Origin: Camelus dromedarius
Lineage: Eukaryota
DNA length: 64,000 bases
Assembly: GCF_036321535.1 (NCBI RefSeq)
Contig: NC_087472.1
Location: 100,256,001-100,320,000 of the forward strand
Direction: 5' to 3'
Shown: positions 37,498-52,159 of the stretch, in pieces
How positions within the stretch are numbered: position 1 is the stretch's first letter
Layout: the number at the start of each line of letters is the position of its first letter
Translations under genes and position numbers: made by a program
Notes under the pieces: model-generated
The model's input: the letters and a program-made list of their open reading frames with translations, nothing else
What the model was told of the DNA's origin: nothing
Database searches by the model: none

Positions 37498-40400
37498 TCT
37501 TAGACTACATAAACCAATAATGCATCGCCTAAAAAGTAAGAAAATACATGTTATTTATAGAAACTTTGGAAAATATAGATAAGCTCAGAGACAAGAAACT
37601 GCTAGCGACTTAATCCTTTGGTGTTTTTGCTTTCTAGTATTTTTTTCTATGCACATATATATATTAGTATTAACAAAAATTATACGTACTGGAGGTACTG
37701 TTTTGCAACTCTTTTTAAATTGTGCCTCATGAACCATGTCCGTGTTGTTAAGTGTTATTCTACAACATGGTTTTTAATGACTGCATGGTATTTTGTTGTG
37801 TGGATGTACCATTATTTATTTATTCACTTCCCCACCATAGGACATTTACATCTTCTAATTTCATCTATTAATCTCAATGCTTTGATGGGAGGTGTTCAAC
37901 TATGGTAATTTTCCTAAGATGTATCCTTAGGAGTTGAACTGCTAGATCAAAGGTTGTATTTCAAGACTTTAACATCTACTTTTAAAAACTAATGACTAAA
38001 TGGTGAGCTTTTTGTGGCTGGAGAAATATTTTACACTCCGTGGTATTGCTCACTGTAACTAGCTGTCTTAGGTGGGGCTTCAGCAGAAGTTGATCTGGAG
38101 AAGAGTCACACCGTTTTAGAGTGGGACGTGAGTTCAGGAATGAACACTTGAGTCAAGCTTTGCACTTCATGAATGAGGAAACAGGTCCAGAGAACCGAAA
38201 CAGCTTGTCAAAGCAAGCCTTCCTTTCCTCATCTAACAATGGACTCCCTGTGCCTACGTGTGGGATAACAGGTCTGATCATTCCAATCATTGACAAGTAA
38301 CAAAGCATTCAGCTCTGGATGCTGAGATGCATTGTCTGTCCCTCAAACACTCCAAACTCCCTTATGTCTCAGAGGGACAAAACTTGAACTTTGAACTTGA
38401 TGTTTCCTTCTTCATAGAACAGTCTCCCCTAGATCTTTGCACAGCTACCTTCTTCTGTCTTGGCTCCAACGTCAGTACCTCCTTGCTGCTGTAGGCTATC
38501 AAAACTGGTAAGTTTAGGGAGAGTCCATCAAAAGGTCAAAGCACGTGAAAGACACAGACACCCAGAGACTGGACAGCAAACACGAATAAAGGGTTGTAAA
38601 ATGTACAGGACATGAGCAGGTGTTTTGGGTGGAAGGAAGTAAAGAAGGGAGAGTCCCAGTGGATATGTGTTCAGCAAAGGTGGGGCATAAGCCCATCTGA
38701 CATGTTTGGGTTTGCTGTGGTGCTGAGTATCTTGTTTCCACTCTCCACTTTCTCCACCCTTCCCCATCCTGTGTCCCAGGAGGCTGACCTGCATGAGTTA
38801 TATCCACCGACCCCCTTGTTCTCTCGCTTCCTGTTGGGTCCAACCAGTGAGTGACACCAGTAAGAGACAGAAGCTGAGAGGGGTCACTGTTAGTACTTCC
38901 CGTGGAATTCCTTCCTGTGGAATTCTGCAGTGCTTGCCCAATCCTTTGTGAATATACCCTTTATTATGCATGTCTTAACTTACCCAGTTTGTATGTTCTC
39001 TTTTCTGCTGGGACCTTCACTGATACAATAATTTAGTATATTTAAGACTCAGACATTTAACTCACACCTGTCTATTTCAGAGGCTTTTCCACATTCATTG
39101 GAAATGACGTTATGCAAAGACTCCTGTCTGGTTCTCTTTTTCCTTTCTTGAAGGTCATGTTTTCTCTACCCTTTTTCACCTTTGTGACTTTTAAAAAACT
39201 TCACCTAGGTTGATTTGCTGAATGTGGTTGCTGACTCCAGAGGGGTTTGGCACTGAGATTTCCTATCAGAACACCTTCCTGTCTTTGCCCTGTGGGCCAC
39301 AGAGAATGGGAATCACTTGAGCTTTCTGAATGCCAGGGAGGTGGGCATGGGAGACTGTTAATCTTTAGAGAAACTGCAGTTGTGAAATGTCAGTATCTCC
39401 TACTCTCATAAAGCTAGCAACAGCCTTCGGGTGAGAGCCTGTTAACCTTCAAGGATGCTGGGTATAGGGAACGTGTTCTGTATAGAAGGATGGGCTCCTC
39501 CCAGCCCTTCTCCCTTATTCCTATCTTCCACACCAAAGAAGAGTAGTTTTTGATGGAATATGGTATTTCAACTCATACACAGTAGGCTTTGGGAGATGGC
39601 CAATATTAGAAAAATAAAAAAAGTGATTTGGTCTATTGAAGCTCCACACTAAGAAACTGAAAGTCTTCCTTCTATGAGCTGCCATCACAGAGCAGGATGG
39701 AGTGGGCAGGAGTCTTTGGACACTGAGGATCCGATGGTGCTTCTCCAGATGGCTCTGGCCCCCCTAGATGTGCAGAGTTCACAATTGCCCCTCCAGAGTG
39801 GGCATGCTTAGGATTACGTGTTCTTACTTAAAACTGCACCTCAAGAAATTATTTCATTCATAGGACAAACATTATCAGTCACTTAATATGCTGGACACTA
39901 GAGACAGAATAGCGAACACGACACAGGCCCTGCCTGTAACAAGCTGCTCACAGTTCAGTGGAGAGACAAGCACAAATAAATCCTTACCCAGAGGTCTGAG
40001 GGAACGCAGCTGAGGGAGTAAATTCTGCCTGAGGCACTTGGGGGAGGCTTGCTGAGGAAGTGATGCCTGTGCTAGGTATTAAAGGAGCCACAGAAATTCA
40101 TCAGGTAGGGAGGAGGGAAAAGACTATTCCAGGAAGAAGGATAAGCATTTGCAAAGCACACGGAAGGCTGGCAAAGCATGAAGTGTTCAAAGACCAGCCC
40201 TCTGTAGCTGCAGTACCCTTGGTCTTGGGTGGGAGCAGGAGTGGAATAGGATAACTCAAGAGTTAATGAAAAATGTGTTTTTAAACTTCCAGATCAGAAA
40301 TTTTGGGGGGTGAGGGACATGCTTTTCTGTTAATATCTAATTTTATTACATTGAAGCAGAACTTTTTTACTATACACATTTGCATTTTAAATATAAAATA

Positions 40401-41064
40401 AGATTGAAAAAATCCAAAGAGCCACAAGACACCAGAAAGATGAGATCAGGAAACAGAAAGCCTGAGCTCCAGCCTGTTTCTGATATTTGGTAGCCAGGCA
40501 ACCCAGGACTAGTTATCTCACCCCTCAAGATTCTTTTTTGTGCTTTAAGAGAATCTGTTTGGTCACTTTATTTGCCTTCTAAATGTCCTTTCAGGGAGAA
40601 TGCCTTTAACTATGTTCTTAATTCCATGGAACACACAGTCTTTTCTGGACTGATTGAATAATTTAGAATTAGATCTAAGTCATGGCCATCCAGGTAATCA
40701 AAGAAGGTTGAGTAAAATCAATCATTCATAGTGAACAGAGGCTGCAACTTTAAGTGAACAAATATTCTAAAAAATGTAACTTCCTATAATAAACATTGAT
40801 CGTTCCAAGTCTACAAGCCAACAGTCTTTGGAACCACTAAAGCAAACCTTTCAAGACTTCAGGAAACTTTTTGAATTTTTGTTGTTCTTTTATTTTTAAG
40901 GGCAACATTATGAGGTCAACAAACAGAACAAGTATAGATTCACTGAATTTTTATGGTAACTGGTATAAGAACTATTTGCTCCCAGCTATCTAAATAAAAG
41001 CTGATTGTCAGTTCGGGGCTTTGCTTCTTCAAAAGCGCTGGAGTTAACAGCTTAAATCTTCTCT

Positions 41065-41492
41065 AAAATTTCTGTTATATAGTTTGGATATTAACCCTTT
41101 ATTGGATAAATGATTTGCAAATATTTTCTCCCATTCTGTAGGGTCCCTTTACATTTTGTTGATGGTTTCCTCTCCTGTGCAGACACTTCTTAGTTTGATG
41201 TAGTCCCACTTGTTTATTTTTGCTTTTGTTGCCTTTGCTTTTGGTGTTAGATCCAAAAAATCACTGCCAAGACCAATGTCAAAGAGCTTACTCCTCGTAT
41301 TTTCTTCTAGGAGTTTTATAGGTCTTGCATTCAAGTTTGTAATCCAATTTGACTTGATTTTTGCATACAGTGTAAGAAAAGAGTCCAGTTTCATTCTTTT
41401 GCATGTGGCTGCCCAGTTTTCCCAGCACCATTTATTGAAGAGACTGTCCTTTCTCCATTGTATATTCTTGGCTCCCTTGTCATAAATTAATT
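41065..41492 (-). mobile_element. L1 ORF2 fragment
   Basis: Peptide [27 protein letters not shown]...KWDYIKL. Confidence 0.92.
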
Positions 41493-41502
41493 GTGAATGC
41501 TT

Positions 41503-41830
41503 TTTTGAGAGATAATTTAAATATAATAAAGTACACAAATTGTAGAAGTACAGCTCAATGTATTTGTGCATTTGTGTACATCTGCGAAACTACCACTGAA
41601 ATCAAGATCTCGAATGTTTCCAGCATCCCTGAAGTCTCCCTCATACCCTTTCCAGCCAATACTACCGTCCCAGAAGTAACCACACCTGATTTCTCTCACC
41701 ATTGATTAGTTTTGCCTGTTCTTGAGCATCATTGAAATGGAATCATATAGTTTGTGCTCTTTCTTACCTGGCTTCTTTCATTTGGTTCAGTATCTTTGAC
41801 ATTCATCTGTGTTGTTGGATGTCCTCTGGT
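41503..41830 (-). mobile_element. Old L1M 3'UTR fragment
   Basis: ttgagagataattt...accactgaaatcaagat...aatggaatcatatag pattern. Confidence 0.7.
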
Positions 41831-42899
41831 TCAAAGTTTGACTTGACCTTCATTAAAATTAAAATCCTTTCAAACTTATATTAACTTGGTTATTTATCTG
41901 CAAAATGGAATCTATAATGGTTGCATCTTAGGGTTTGGGGGAGAAATAAATTTATACAGAGCTGTATTCATATTAGTCTTGTGGTTTGATAATAATAGAA
42001 AATAAATATAACTGGAAACACTATAGCAGCAGAATCAAAGCTTATGGGCTTCTCTGAACAGAAAGCAAAATTATCTTGGGAAAACTTTCCCATTAGGTTC
42101 CTGGTCATGTTGCCCCTTTTACTGCGGGAAAAGGCTCTTTCCCTTCATTTCCCCACCCAGAGTGCTGTTGAGTTAAATGGAGACTATCACTCATGTTCAG
42201 TCAGCTCATCAGGAAGACATTATTTTCCATAGATCTCTGTGATCTGTGTGGTTTGGATCTGCTGGAAGGGTAGGCTCCCCAAAGCCCCATTCATGCATCT
42301 GAGCCTGCCCCACCAAGTCTTGGGAAGGCCAAACTTGACCTGAGTGATGCCCTTGGTTTCTGTCTTTGGACTTTCTCTCCAGCTGGAGGCGGAAGGATCC
42401 TCAGCTGCCAAAGAGAGCTCCATCCTGGCCACACATCTGAGACATCAAGGAGCTTAAGCAGCTCCAGAAGGAATCTGCAATTAATTATGTTTCACAAATT
42501 GCCTTTAGTGTGGGACCAGCTCTTTTCAGGCCCTGGTGGAGGCGCAGTGTGTGACTTGGGCAGACTTACCTAAGTCACACATCCATGGAGGCAGTGGTGT
42601 TGTTTGGAAGCACCTCACTCTTTGTAGGAGAGGAGGACTCACCAGCCAGGACATTTAGCAGCACAGTCCCACCCTCCTGAGCACAACAGCTCTGTCTTTT
42701 AGTCATCTGCACTGTGGAGGGTTTGGCTGCCTATTGCAAAGAATGGAATTAATGATTTTCTTGTGCTCTGTTGGGCTGGGATAATCTTCTTACATTTCTG
42801 GTACACCACAGAATAGCATCCTCCTTTAGTAAATCACATGCCCTATTCTGTAAGCTAGGAGCTAAAAGTGGGTCGTGAGTGGTCATCTCCAAGCATGGC

Positions 42900-43070
42900 A
42901 GAGGGACTGAGAGCCTGGACTCTGGAGTCAGGCTGTGTGTATCTTCAGGCAAGCAGTTATTAACCTCTCTAAGCTCCAGTTTCCCTATTTGTAAAATGGG
43001 AATTATTTTACCTAGGTCATAGAGTTGTTGTGAGGACAAAATGAGATAGTCATTATAATGTGCTTAGCAT
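42900..43070 (+). mobile_element. MIR SINE
   Basis: MIR core ctccagtttccctatttgtaaaatgggaat...gttgtgagga. Confidence 0.8.
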
Positions 43071-44072
43071 GTAAGCTGCTGTTGGCAGGAAACCACCCTC
43101 CGCAGGAGGCTCCTTTTCTTTTGTCACTATAGCAGAGCGATACTGTCACTAACCTTACACCAGGCACCCCCATGCCCTACTCATCTCCCGTCCAAGCACA
43201 CCTTTCAGATCTTTTGATCACACAATACCTTGCCTAACCTGTTGGTTCTTTCCATAGGTCAAAGAAGTAGAAATGAAGAATAAATAATTAAGAGATAACC
43301 AGATCTCCTCCCTAGCGTCCCCTTCAGTCATCTCTTGAACAAACTGTGTGGACAATACAGCATCTAAGGAAACATCACAAGAAGTCGACAAGCTGCTACG
43401 TCACAGCTGTGCAGTTGCTTTATGATCACCAACCATTTTCCTGTCCTGGACGGGATCGATGCTCCCTTTCAAATCCAACAGTTCTGGTGCTTCCAAGACA
43501 CACTTGGGTCATGGGACTCTAGCAAAGCTGGAGCCTCTGTCCCTGGGACTCAGTGTCCCTGAATGTAGCGCATGGCTATGCCTCCAAGGTCTTGCCATTT
43601 TCTGGCGGTATTAACAAAGACAGCAGGGATCACGAGGTTGCAGACTCTTCCCTGCCCTCAGAGATTTATAATAGAATATTCTAAGGAATTCTGTGAAAAC
43701 TACGATGGTTCCCAACAAAGCAAGTCCTTCTATTAAGTCCACTAGACTGTGCTAACTTAATGAGAGAAAGAACATTTCCCTTGTGTAGTGATGAAATGAA
43801 GCAATTCATAAATCTGTTAGGGATGCAATTCCGTCACGTTCTTCTACACTGCCCAAGACGACTGCGGTTTACCCTGATGTGCACCACAGAGGGCACAACT
43901 TGATTTTACCCGAAAGAAATATTTTTTCTTGAATTTTTTAAAGATTTTTTTTATTTAGAAAAATTTAATCCCACCAGAAAAGCTGCAAGAACAATACAAC
44001 AGATACTTGTACATCATTCTCCTACATTCACATTTGGTTAACATTTTGCCACATTTGTGCTCTCTCTATATA

Positions 44073-44120
44073 TAGAAATAGAAATAGAAATAGAAATAGA
44101 AATAGAAATAGAAATAGAAA
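44073..44120. repeat. (TAGAAA)8 hexanucleotide microsatellite
   Basis: Eight perfect units. Confidence 0.95.
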
Positions 44121-44899
44121 TAGATATAAGCTTTAAAAACCATTTGAGATTAAATTGTAGACATGTTCTACACAAGTTGATGACATTTCACCCTGAGTAC
44201 TTCAGCATGCATTTCCTATAAAGTTTTTTTTTGTAACCACAATATAATTATCAAAATCAAGAAATTTGAAAGTGGTGGATACAATATTCTTCTCTCCATA
44301 TAGTCTGTATTCAAATTTCACTAATTGTCCCAATAATGTCCTTTATAGCATTTTTTTTTTTTTGTTCAGAATCCAACCCACGATGACTTGCTGTATTTAG
44401 TGACTGCATGGAAATCAGCACTTAGGAAAACCACTAAAAAGGCGTTAAATTAGGAGTCAGAAGCACTGAGTATAAATGACCTTTTAACCTCTCTGAGCTC
44501 CAGATCTTTCCCATGGTGATGAAGATGAACACTCATCCCTGTCCATCTGCCAAGGTTGTTGCAAGGATCAAATGTGGTACCGTATTCTTTGTGAATGGCA
44601 AAGTACTGTGCAAATATGCAGGACTGTTCCATACAACCATTTTCAACTAGTTTCATAGGGTTTCATTGCAAAAAGTTACTTTCCTGAAAGGATGGGAAGG
44701 AGTGAGGCAGGGTCAGGAAAATGGTGTCAACAGCTAAATCTGGCAGAGATCATAGCATGACACCAAAGTCACTTCAGAGCTCGAGGAGACTTCATTCTCT
44801 TCAAATGACTATTCTTTCTTTTTTTCTTTTTAATAGGAAAGGTCTCTTAAAGCTCTAAAAATTTGTGGTTCTAGTTCTGTAGTCTTTTTTACTTCCAAA

Positions 44900-45560
44900 G
44901 TTGAGATATAATTTCCAAAGAGTAAGTGCACAGATCTTAGACAGCCTGAATTTTATGGGTATACACCTGTGACACCTCCACCCAGATCAATATACGGAAC
45001 ATTTCTATACCCTAAAAGGCTCCCTCATGTCCCTTCTCAGTATCTCCCACCCTTACCCTACGAATAACTGCTATTCTGACATGTCACTTATGTCTATCTG
45101 TTCTTGAATTTCATGCAAATGGAATCATGTGCTTTTTTGGGTCTGGCTTCTGTTTCTTAACGTTCTTGACTAGATTCATCCATATGATTGTGTGCAAGGG
45201 TAGTCCATTCTTTTCTTGATGGCTGTGTGGTATTCCATTTTGCAATATTTACTCATTTTACTATTGATGGACACTTGTGTTGTTTCCAGTTTTGGGCTAT
45301 TATGAATAACAATCCCATGAATACTTTGTGCATGTCTTCTGGTGGACATAAGAACTCATTGCTGTTGGTTAGATACCAGGAGTGGAATTGCTCAGTCACA
45401 GAGTGTGCAGAGATTCAGCTTTTTCACAGTGGTTGTAACAGTTTATACTCCCAGTGACAATGTAAGAGAGCCCTAGTTTTCCATATCTTCAGCATCACTT
45501 AGTGTGTCAGCCTTCCTGGTGGATATGTAGTGATGTCTCATTGATGCTCTCTTTGCATTT
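44900..45560 (-). mobile_element. Old L1M fragment
   Basis: tgatggacacttgtgttgtttccagttttgggctattatgaataa etc. Confidence 0.75.
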
Positions 45561-46899
45561 CTGTCATAGATTTGAGGTGCACAGTGACTAGCTCACGGCT
45601 GCTGTGTCAGGGCCAGCCTTAGGCAGCTGCTTCTGTGAGAAAGTGATTGGAAGAGCACAAGGAAGGCTTCTCAGACCCAGGCTGGATGACTCCACAAAAG
45701 TCATCATTACAGGATAACTTTTGTTTTCTGGTGACATTTGTCCCATCTGTGGCCACTTGGCATCTTTTGAACACCCACTCATCTTATGTTTGGAGAACTT
45801 CATACATGGATGCTGACTTTAAAAATTGAAATCATACATTTGCTTTCCAAAGTTCAGCTACTTTCCCCCAATCAGATGCACCTGGATAAGACTTGGATCT
45901 GAAAACCAGTAATGTGTTGGAGCAGGTGATATGAGGAACCCAATTTCTGGTGCCTTCTTTGGAGGCAGCAGTGGCTGAATTTCGGGCATCCAGTCCCCAC
46001 TGTCATCTGTGGGAGCTGCAGGGTCTGTCTGAGAAGTAGTCTACTCTTGGCTGGAGCAGACCACTGATGGTTTGGACAACCGTCATCTGGTTCCCTTGTG
46101 TTTGAGCCTGAATCTCTGTGCTACATCCCCACGCCCCAGAGGTTCTGTGAACTTCCTAAATATTCCTTAAAATTTTTTTCTTTATTTTGAAATAGTTTTA
46201 AACTTGGAGAAAAGTTCAGTGAACATTTCCTAAGAAAAGGAATGTTCTCTTAAATAACCATAGTACAGTTATCAACATCAGGAAATCTAATGTTGATACA
46301 GTATTTTTATTTAATTTACCATTTGTGTTTCAGTTTCGTCAGTTGACCCAATAATGTCTTTTATAGCATTTTTCACCTCTAGTACCAGATGCAGTCTAGG
46401 GTCAGGCATTGCATCTTGTTGTTGTTTCCGTTTAAAGAAAATTACGCTCTATACATGCCGCGGTGTAACCTCCCATTTTTTCACTCCATGATACATGATG
46501 TCAGCTTCCCATGTCAATAAAATTGTCCAAACATAACAATTTTTAATGGTTGCCTAGAGTGTATAATTTCACCAATCACTTGTTGATTGCTGTTTAGGTT
46601 GCTTCCATTGTCAAAAAATTATAATCAGCTTTATAGTAGTGATTACTGGGTATTCACTCATGTTTAGAGAAAATCCTCCATTGATTGAAGTGTGTGATTA
46701 CCCACTTCCCCAACTTCTATTGTCTCTGCCTGAGGGAATTCGCCTTCTGACCTCAGGCATTACTGTTTTCTGCGCACAGTGGCAGCTGATGTCGAAAATC
46801 CCAAACTTAAAGTGACTACAAATGTCACAGCACTTGGTCCCAGAGGCCAAGCGTCATCATCTGCTGACATTTGAAGGGACAACAGAAAGAGTCTAGTCT

Positions 46900-47089
46900 A
46901 AGTATTTTTAATTATGAAAACTGTTTTTTTAGACATAATGCTATTGTACACTTAATAGACTACAGGAGTGTAAATATAACTTTTATATGCACTGGGAAAC
47001 CAAAAATTGTATGTGACTCGCTTTATTGCAATCTTTCCTTTACTGCAGTGGTCTGGAACTAAACCCGCAATATCTCCTAGGTCTGCCTG
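46900..47089 (+). mobile_element. Tigger1 3' end
   Basis: tgcactgggaaaccaaaaatt...gtggtctggaactaaacccgcaatatctcctaggtctgcctg. Confidence 0.85.
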
Positions 47090-49378
47090 GGTTTGTTAGT
47101 TCTAATTCTTTTTAAATTGAAGGCATTGACGCGGTTAAACTTGGCTTCTTGCTTTACATGTAATACAGAGGTTGTAAAATTCAAAGATGCTTATGAAATC
47201 AATGCTTTCATTATGAGTGGACACTAACGAGTTACCTAAGTGTAACCATCACAAAATAAGTACCTTTGTAAATGTAAGTGTAAACTGAAGGGTAATTCTT
47301 ACACCCCCTCCCCATTTTCTTCTCCATCGTGTTTTTATGATATAAACTGTAGTATCCATTTTTCTCTGTGAGATTTACTTATTTTGCTGTGTGAGAAGAC
47401 TGATGTATTTAAATTAGCTTGTACATCATGCCCTGTAAAACTCCCTTACTAGTTGACAAAAAAACCACATTGTCACTGATATTTCTGAATAGTGGGGATG
47501 TTTTGGGAGACACTTCAAATTTAGATGGATATATGAAATGGAATTCTCCGATTTTCTAGGGTTTCAATTTTTTCTAGCACTACTAATTCGAAATAGCAGC
47601 TTTTCCAGACAGCAGGGTGACTTTGTGCGCTTGTCCAAAAAACCTCAAAACAAAACAAACCCCAGAAGCCTACACAAAGTTTGCCCATGTGATCACGATG
47701 CCTGCACTTTTCTAAGAAGCAGATGGATAGTAAAGGCAGTTAGTCCTGGCTTTGACTTCTACCCAGCCATAACTCCGAACTTCAACCAGTCTGCTTCTCA
47801 CTCCCCAAAGCCTGTCCTGGAAGCACCCTAGGAATATTCTTGACCTGCAGTGTGAAGTGAAATGTTTGCTTTATAGAAGATTTTGACTTGGAGTTTAAGT
47901 GAGGAGAAAACAGACTGGCAGATGATTTCCCAGCAGAGTCATGTAGAAATCAGAAGAACAGTGGAAAAGGCAGGGAGTGGAATGGTGATTGTAGAAGTTG
48001 GGTCTATTTCTGGGTGGTTCAGCAATGGAACCCTTCAGAGGAGATCAGAGAGCTTTGAAATAGTCCATCATGCTTTAAGGGAGCTGATCTCAACCCCAGG
48101 GGATACAGAGGAATTACTGGGGAGAATTTTCAAACAAGAGCCTTCCCCACTCCGAGGGCTTCTGATGTTCCTTGCCATTGCAGCACAGGCTGGATACTGG
48201 GTATCTTTCATTTGCTTCCCAGATCCAGCCTCCATCCTACCCCACCCTGCTTCCTGCCATGTGGACTGCATCACCAGGCTCCCTTGCCCTGTCTTTTCTG
48301 GTGACTTTAGCCAAGGGGAGATAGCGGCAGGAAGTTGGACGGAAGGGGAGAGTGAGGGGGGATTTATTCTGCAGGTCCCCTCCCTGGCAAGTCAACCGGG
48401 CTTGTTGGTTTGTGTGGTGTAAGAAACACCTCCCACAAGACGGCCGCTCCCATCTGGGCTCTGGTCACCACTCTCTTCTTTGCCCTTCCAGCCTGAGGGG
48501 TGGTACCAGCTCCCTGCTGTTACTTGCCCTGTGGTGCTGAGCTTTCCTTTGGGATGTCCCTAAACCCTGACCGTCTCTCTGCAAATCGTCCCTTCCTTAA
48601 ACTCTCCTCAGTTGCTCCATTTCTAGGCGGGACCCTGTGGGTGGGATGGTTGGTGGGTCTGTGTGAGGTAAAGAGCTCTCCGGGTGATTCTAATTCACAT
48701 TTGCTTCCCTGCCTTCAGGGGCCCCTGCCCGCAACCCCTCTTCAGAATAACCATGAAGCCCAAGTCAGGAAAAAGCAGCCCGCAGAGGGAAAGGAGGGGA
48801 TGGAGCAGAGAGAGGAACAGTTCGTAGAGCAGAGACTGCCTGGGACGCCACCATTTCCCTTTCACTTCAGGGTCGGTGGACAGCAAAGACCAAACTGGCC
48901 AGTTTATAAAACCAGCTTGGATGTGGCCACTTATTAGACTACTGCATATTCTGCTTTAAAAGAGAAAACAGTACACAGGAAACATTACTCTCCTTTTCCC
49001 CTCGCTGACTATTTCAACTAATAAGCCTGTGCATTAGTCACTCTGCTAATGAGTAGTTTTACCCTGGCCCTCAGTGAACTAGGCCAGAGAAGGGCCCTGC
49101 AAACTCTTGGAAAACCTCATGAAAAATTCTGTTCCTGTTGACCCATTAGCAGGGAGGTGAGACGTGCCAGGGACCAGTGTTTATATATTGCAGCTATATT
49201 TGGAAGTTTAATTGTTTTTCTAAAAATCTCAATTGAGAAAAGTCAAGGATTTTATAATAATAGAATCAAAATAGCACATTCCAAGACCTAATGTGCTCTC
49301 ATCTTTCATTGGCCTCTAAGATTTTCATAGTCCAGAAAAGCAAGCAAGGGAAAAACTGTTTCACCGGGTCCTCTGCAT

Positions 49379-49597
49379 CAGTGGTTCTCAATCAGGGGCG
49401 ATGGTGCCCCCTCCTCCCCGGGACACTTGACAACGTCTGGAGACATTTTTGATTATTACCACTGGACTGAGGATGTGCTGGCATCTAGTGGAGAGAGACC
49501 AGGGATACTGCCAGACGTCCCACAAGGCACGGTTCAGCCTCCGCGACAAAGAATGATCCAGCCCCAGATGTCAATAGTGCCGAGGTTGAGAAACCTT
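49379..49597 (+). mobile_element. MER20-like hAT MITE
   Basis: cagtggttctcaa...gaggttgagaaacc. Confidence 0.85.
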
Positions 49598-50304
49598 TCT
49601 CTGAATTAAAATTACAGCTCCATTAGCAAGGAAATTAGTGTTAAATAATAACTTTGCAATTTAAAGGCCACACTCCAATGAAGTTAGGTATCCTGAGTTT
49701 ACCAATATCGTATAAGTCACTCATTAAATATTATTGCCTTAAAGTTTGTGGCATTTGGAAACTGGCAAGTTTATTGGATTTTTGTGTGTGTGTGTGTACA
49801 ATCAACATTTTTCAAAATAGAAACCAGGCTAGTTGGTCGGATGAAATAAAATCGTTTTGGAGCACATAGTCTTTTTTTTTTTTAATTGCCTCTCTAATCA
49901 AAAGCATTTTCTCTTCAGATTGTGGTTCTAACTAAAGAGATGCCTAGCTTCAAAGGAAGTGGTCTGAGGTTCAAAGTGCAGACCAAGGAGAGGGTAGTAG
50001 AATCAACATCTTAACCATTAGCAATTGCAAAGAAGAGATGAGAATCTAGTGCTATTTGGGAAGGATTTTACCAGACACAAAGCTATCAAATGTCCTGTCT
50101 CCTTTCCACCCAAAATACTTCTGGCTTGAACACGAGGTCCAAAAGGTGTCCTCGAGTAAGGAGGAAAAAATCTGTTCTGGGAATTGACCACTGTTAGCCA
50201 CCCTCGACCACTCCTCCCTCCAACTATTGAGGTTTGCTGGTAAAAGAAAGAGGCCAAGAGTGTCTTGCTTAGAATGTCTGTCACTAAGGGACATGATGTG
50301 CCTG

Positions 50305-50335
<31 letters not shown>

Positions 50336-52145
50336 CACTTTTGTTAAACCTTACCCTGCACTAGAGAAGCAAGTTCAGAAGGAGTCAAAGAGCTATTAAA
50401 GAAGCTAAAAGCCTTTTATGGCAAAGAAAAATCAGCCTGGTATTAAAATTAATGAAGAGGCTGGAAGAGCATAGACAAAAATGCTGGAAGGATGGAGATA
50501 GAGAAACTATTTTAAGATCGGTCTCCAAGGAGATGGAGAAAACAAATGTGGCCAGGTAAAAGAAAATGCCAACCTCTCCAAATTAATTATCCAAAAGAAG
50601 GACCACATTTCTTGGAAAAACTGACCTATGCAAATTTGCAGCTTCAAATACCATTCTTCTGAGTCTATGAGAAGAATCAGCTCAAGGACCTCACCAATTC
50701 CTGAGTTTGAAGAGCACTTGAGCGTTTGTTGAAATTTCTGCTCATCTTCAAAGGACTGTTCCTAGAAGCAGAAATCAGTCTGCTCAGGCACTAAACACTA
50801 AAATGATGAAGAGCTCAGATAAGCCCAAACTGCAGGAATTTAACAAGATTGTTCAAGTAATGGATAAACAGTAAGTGAAATTCACTGCCAAAGTTGCCAA
50901 AGTGCAACTTGGCTTTGTGGACCATGCCAGCTGAGGGTATGGGGGAGCATGTGGCTGACCCCTACTATACAGCCTGCCAGAAGTGGCCTATCTTACTGAT
51001 TCTTGAAAAACGTTCTCATTTACGAGCCAATGAGGTCCTATAAGAACACGGTGGTGAGTTGGGCCCAACAAAGCTAATGATCATAGTGGGTAAAAGGTAT
51101 CTAAAATTGCCAACAATCTTTTTACGGAATCTACTTTTTGAAGATAAACTAGTCAGTGATTTATCCTAATCAATGAGATAACAAAAGGCGGGGATTAAAA
51201 TAGCAGAAAATATTGAAGTACTATTTGAAAGCAACAGACTATATCAAGTAGAAAAAGCAATTTAATCTGGTAGAAACTAATCCAAAGATTGGCAAGAAAG
51301 TAAAGATGGTTATGTCCCAACGGGAATAAAGCTAATGACAATGTCTGACACTTCTTCACTTCTTATTCTGTGCCAGAGATTGCTAGGTGCTTTTGTTAAC
51401 ATGATTGTACTGAATCTTCCTCATGGCTCTATAAAGTAGACACCATTACCCCCATTTCGTAGATGAGACTGAAATGCAAAGACTTCAGGTAACATGCCCA
51501 AGTTCCCATAACTACACAGCAGTGGAGCTGGATTTAAATCCACATCTGCCTGACTCCAAAGTCCAAGCTGTTAAACTCTATATTCTACTGGCGTAAGCTT
51601 TCTGGCCCTGTGGTGGAGTAGGACGCCCCGGGGAACAGCGGAAGTTTCATCACTTGGGTTTTTAGACTGAACAAAATACTAGTATGTGTGTCATAGGAAG
51701 TAATCTCTAATGGCTCAGGGGTGGGTTAAAATAATATCTGCAACTTCCATTTCTGAATGTTAAGGACTCTTCACCTACAGCACTAGTCACTTAGTGTGGC
51801 CCACTGCAGTTTTCATAGCCCTCCACACACACTTTCTTGACTGATCCTCACTGAAACTTTACGAGGTAGGCAGGCCACATATTACTATGCCTCTTTTCAA
51901 AGATATGATGGACAGTGTCATCAGAAATAAAACACTGCCAAGTTACTTATTATCAAAAATATGTGGGAGGAGGGGGAATGTGATTCCAAAAAAGTTGCTT
52001 ATTTCAACCCTGAGCAGTTCATAGGAGTTTATGATTTATTTCCATAACACCGTGATTGCTTCCTTTTCAACAAGGCTTTGACTCACTCAGAGGAATGTAT
52101 TCCATTACAAGTCCGCTGGCTTCAGGCTTTATGTAGAACCAATTG

Positions 52146-52159
52146 GTTGCCATGACAAC
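52146..52159. promoter_or_regulatory. RFX X-box candidate GTTGCCATGACAAC
   Basis: One mismatch to the palindromic GTTGCCATGGCAAC. Confidence 0.5.

Noticed and set aside
42548..42581. 13-bp hairpin tgtgtgacttggg...cctaagtcacaca
   Set aside because: Too short for a pre-miRNA; resembles MIR-derived sequence
43863..43896. Possible CTCF site accacagagggcac with tgcggt upstream
   Set aside because: 5' half of the core is mismatched and the upstream-module offset (20 bp) does not fit
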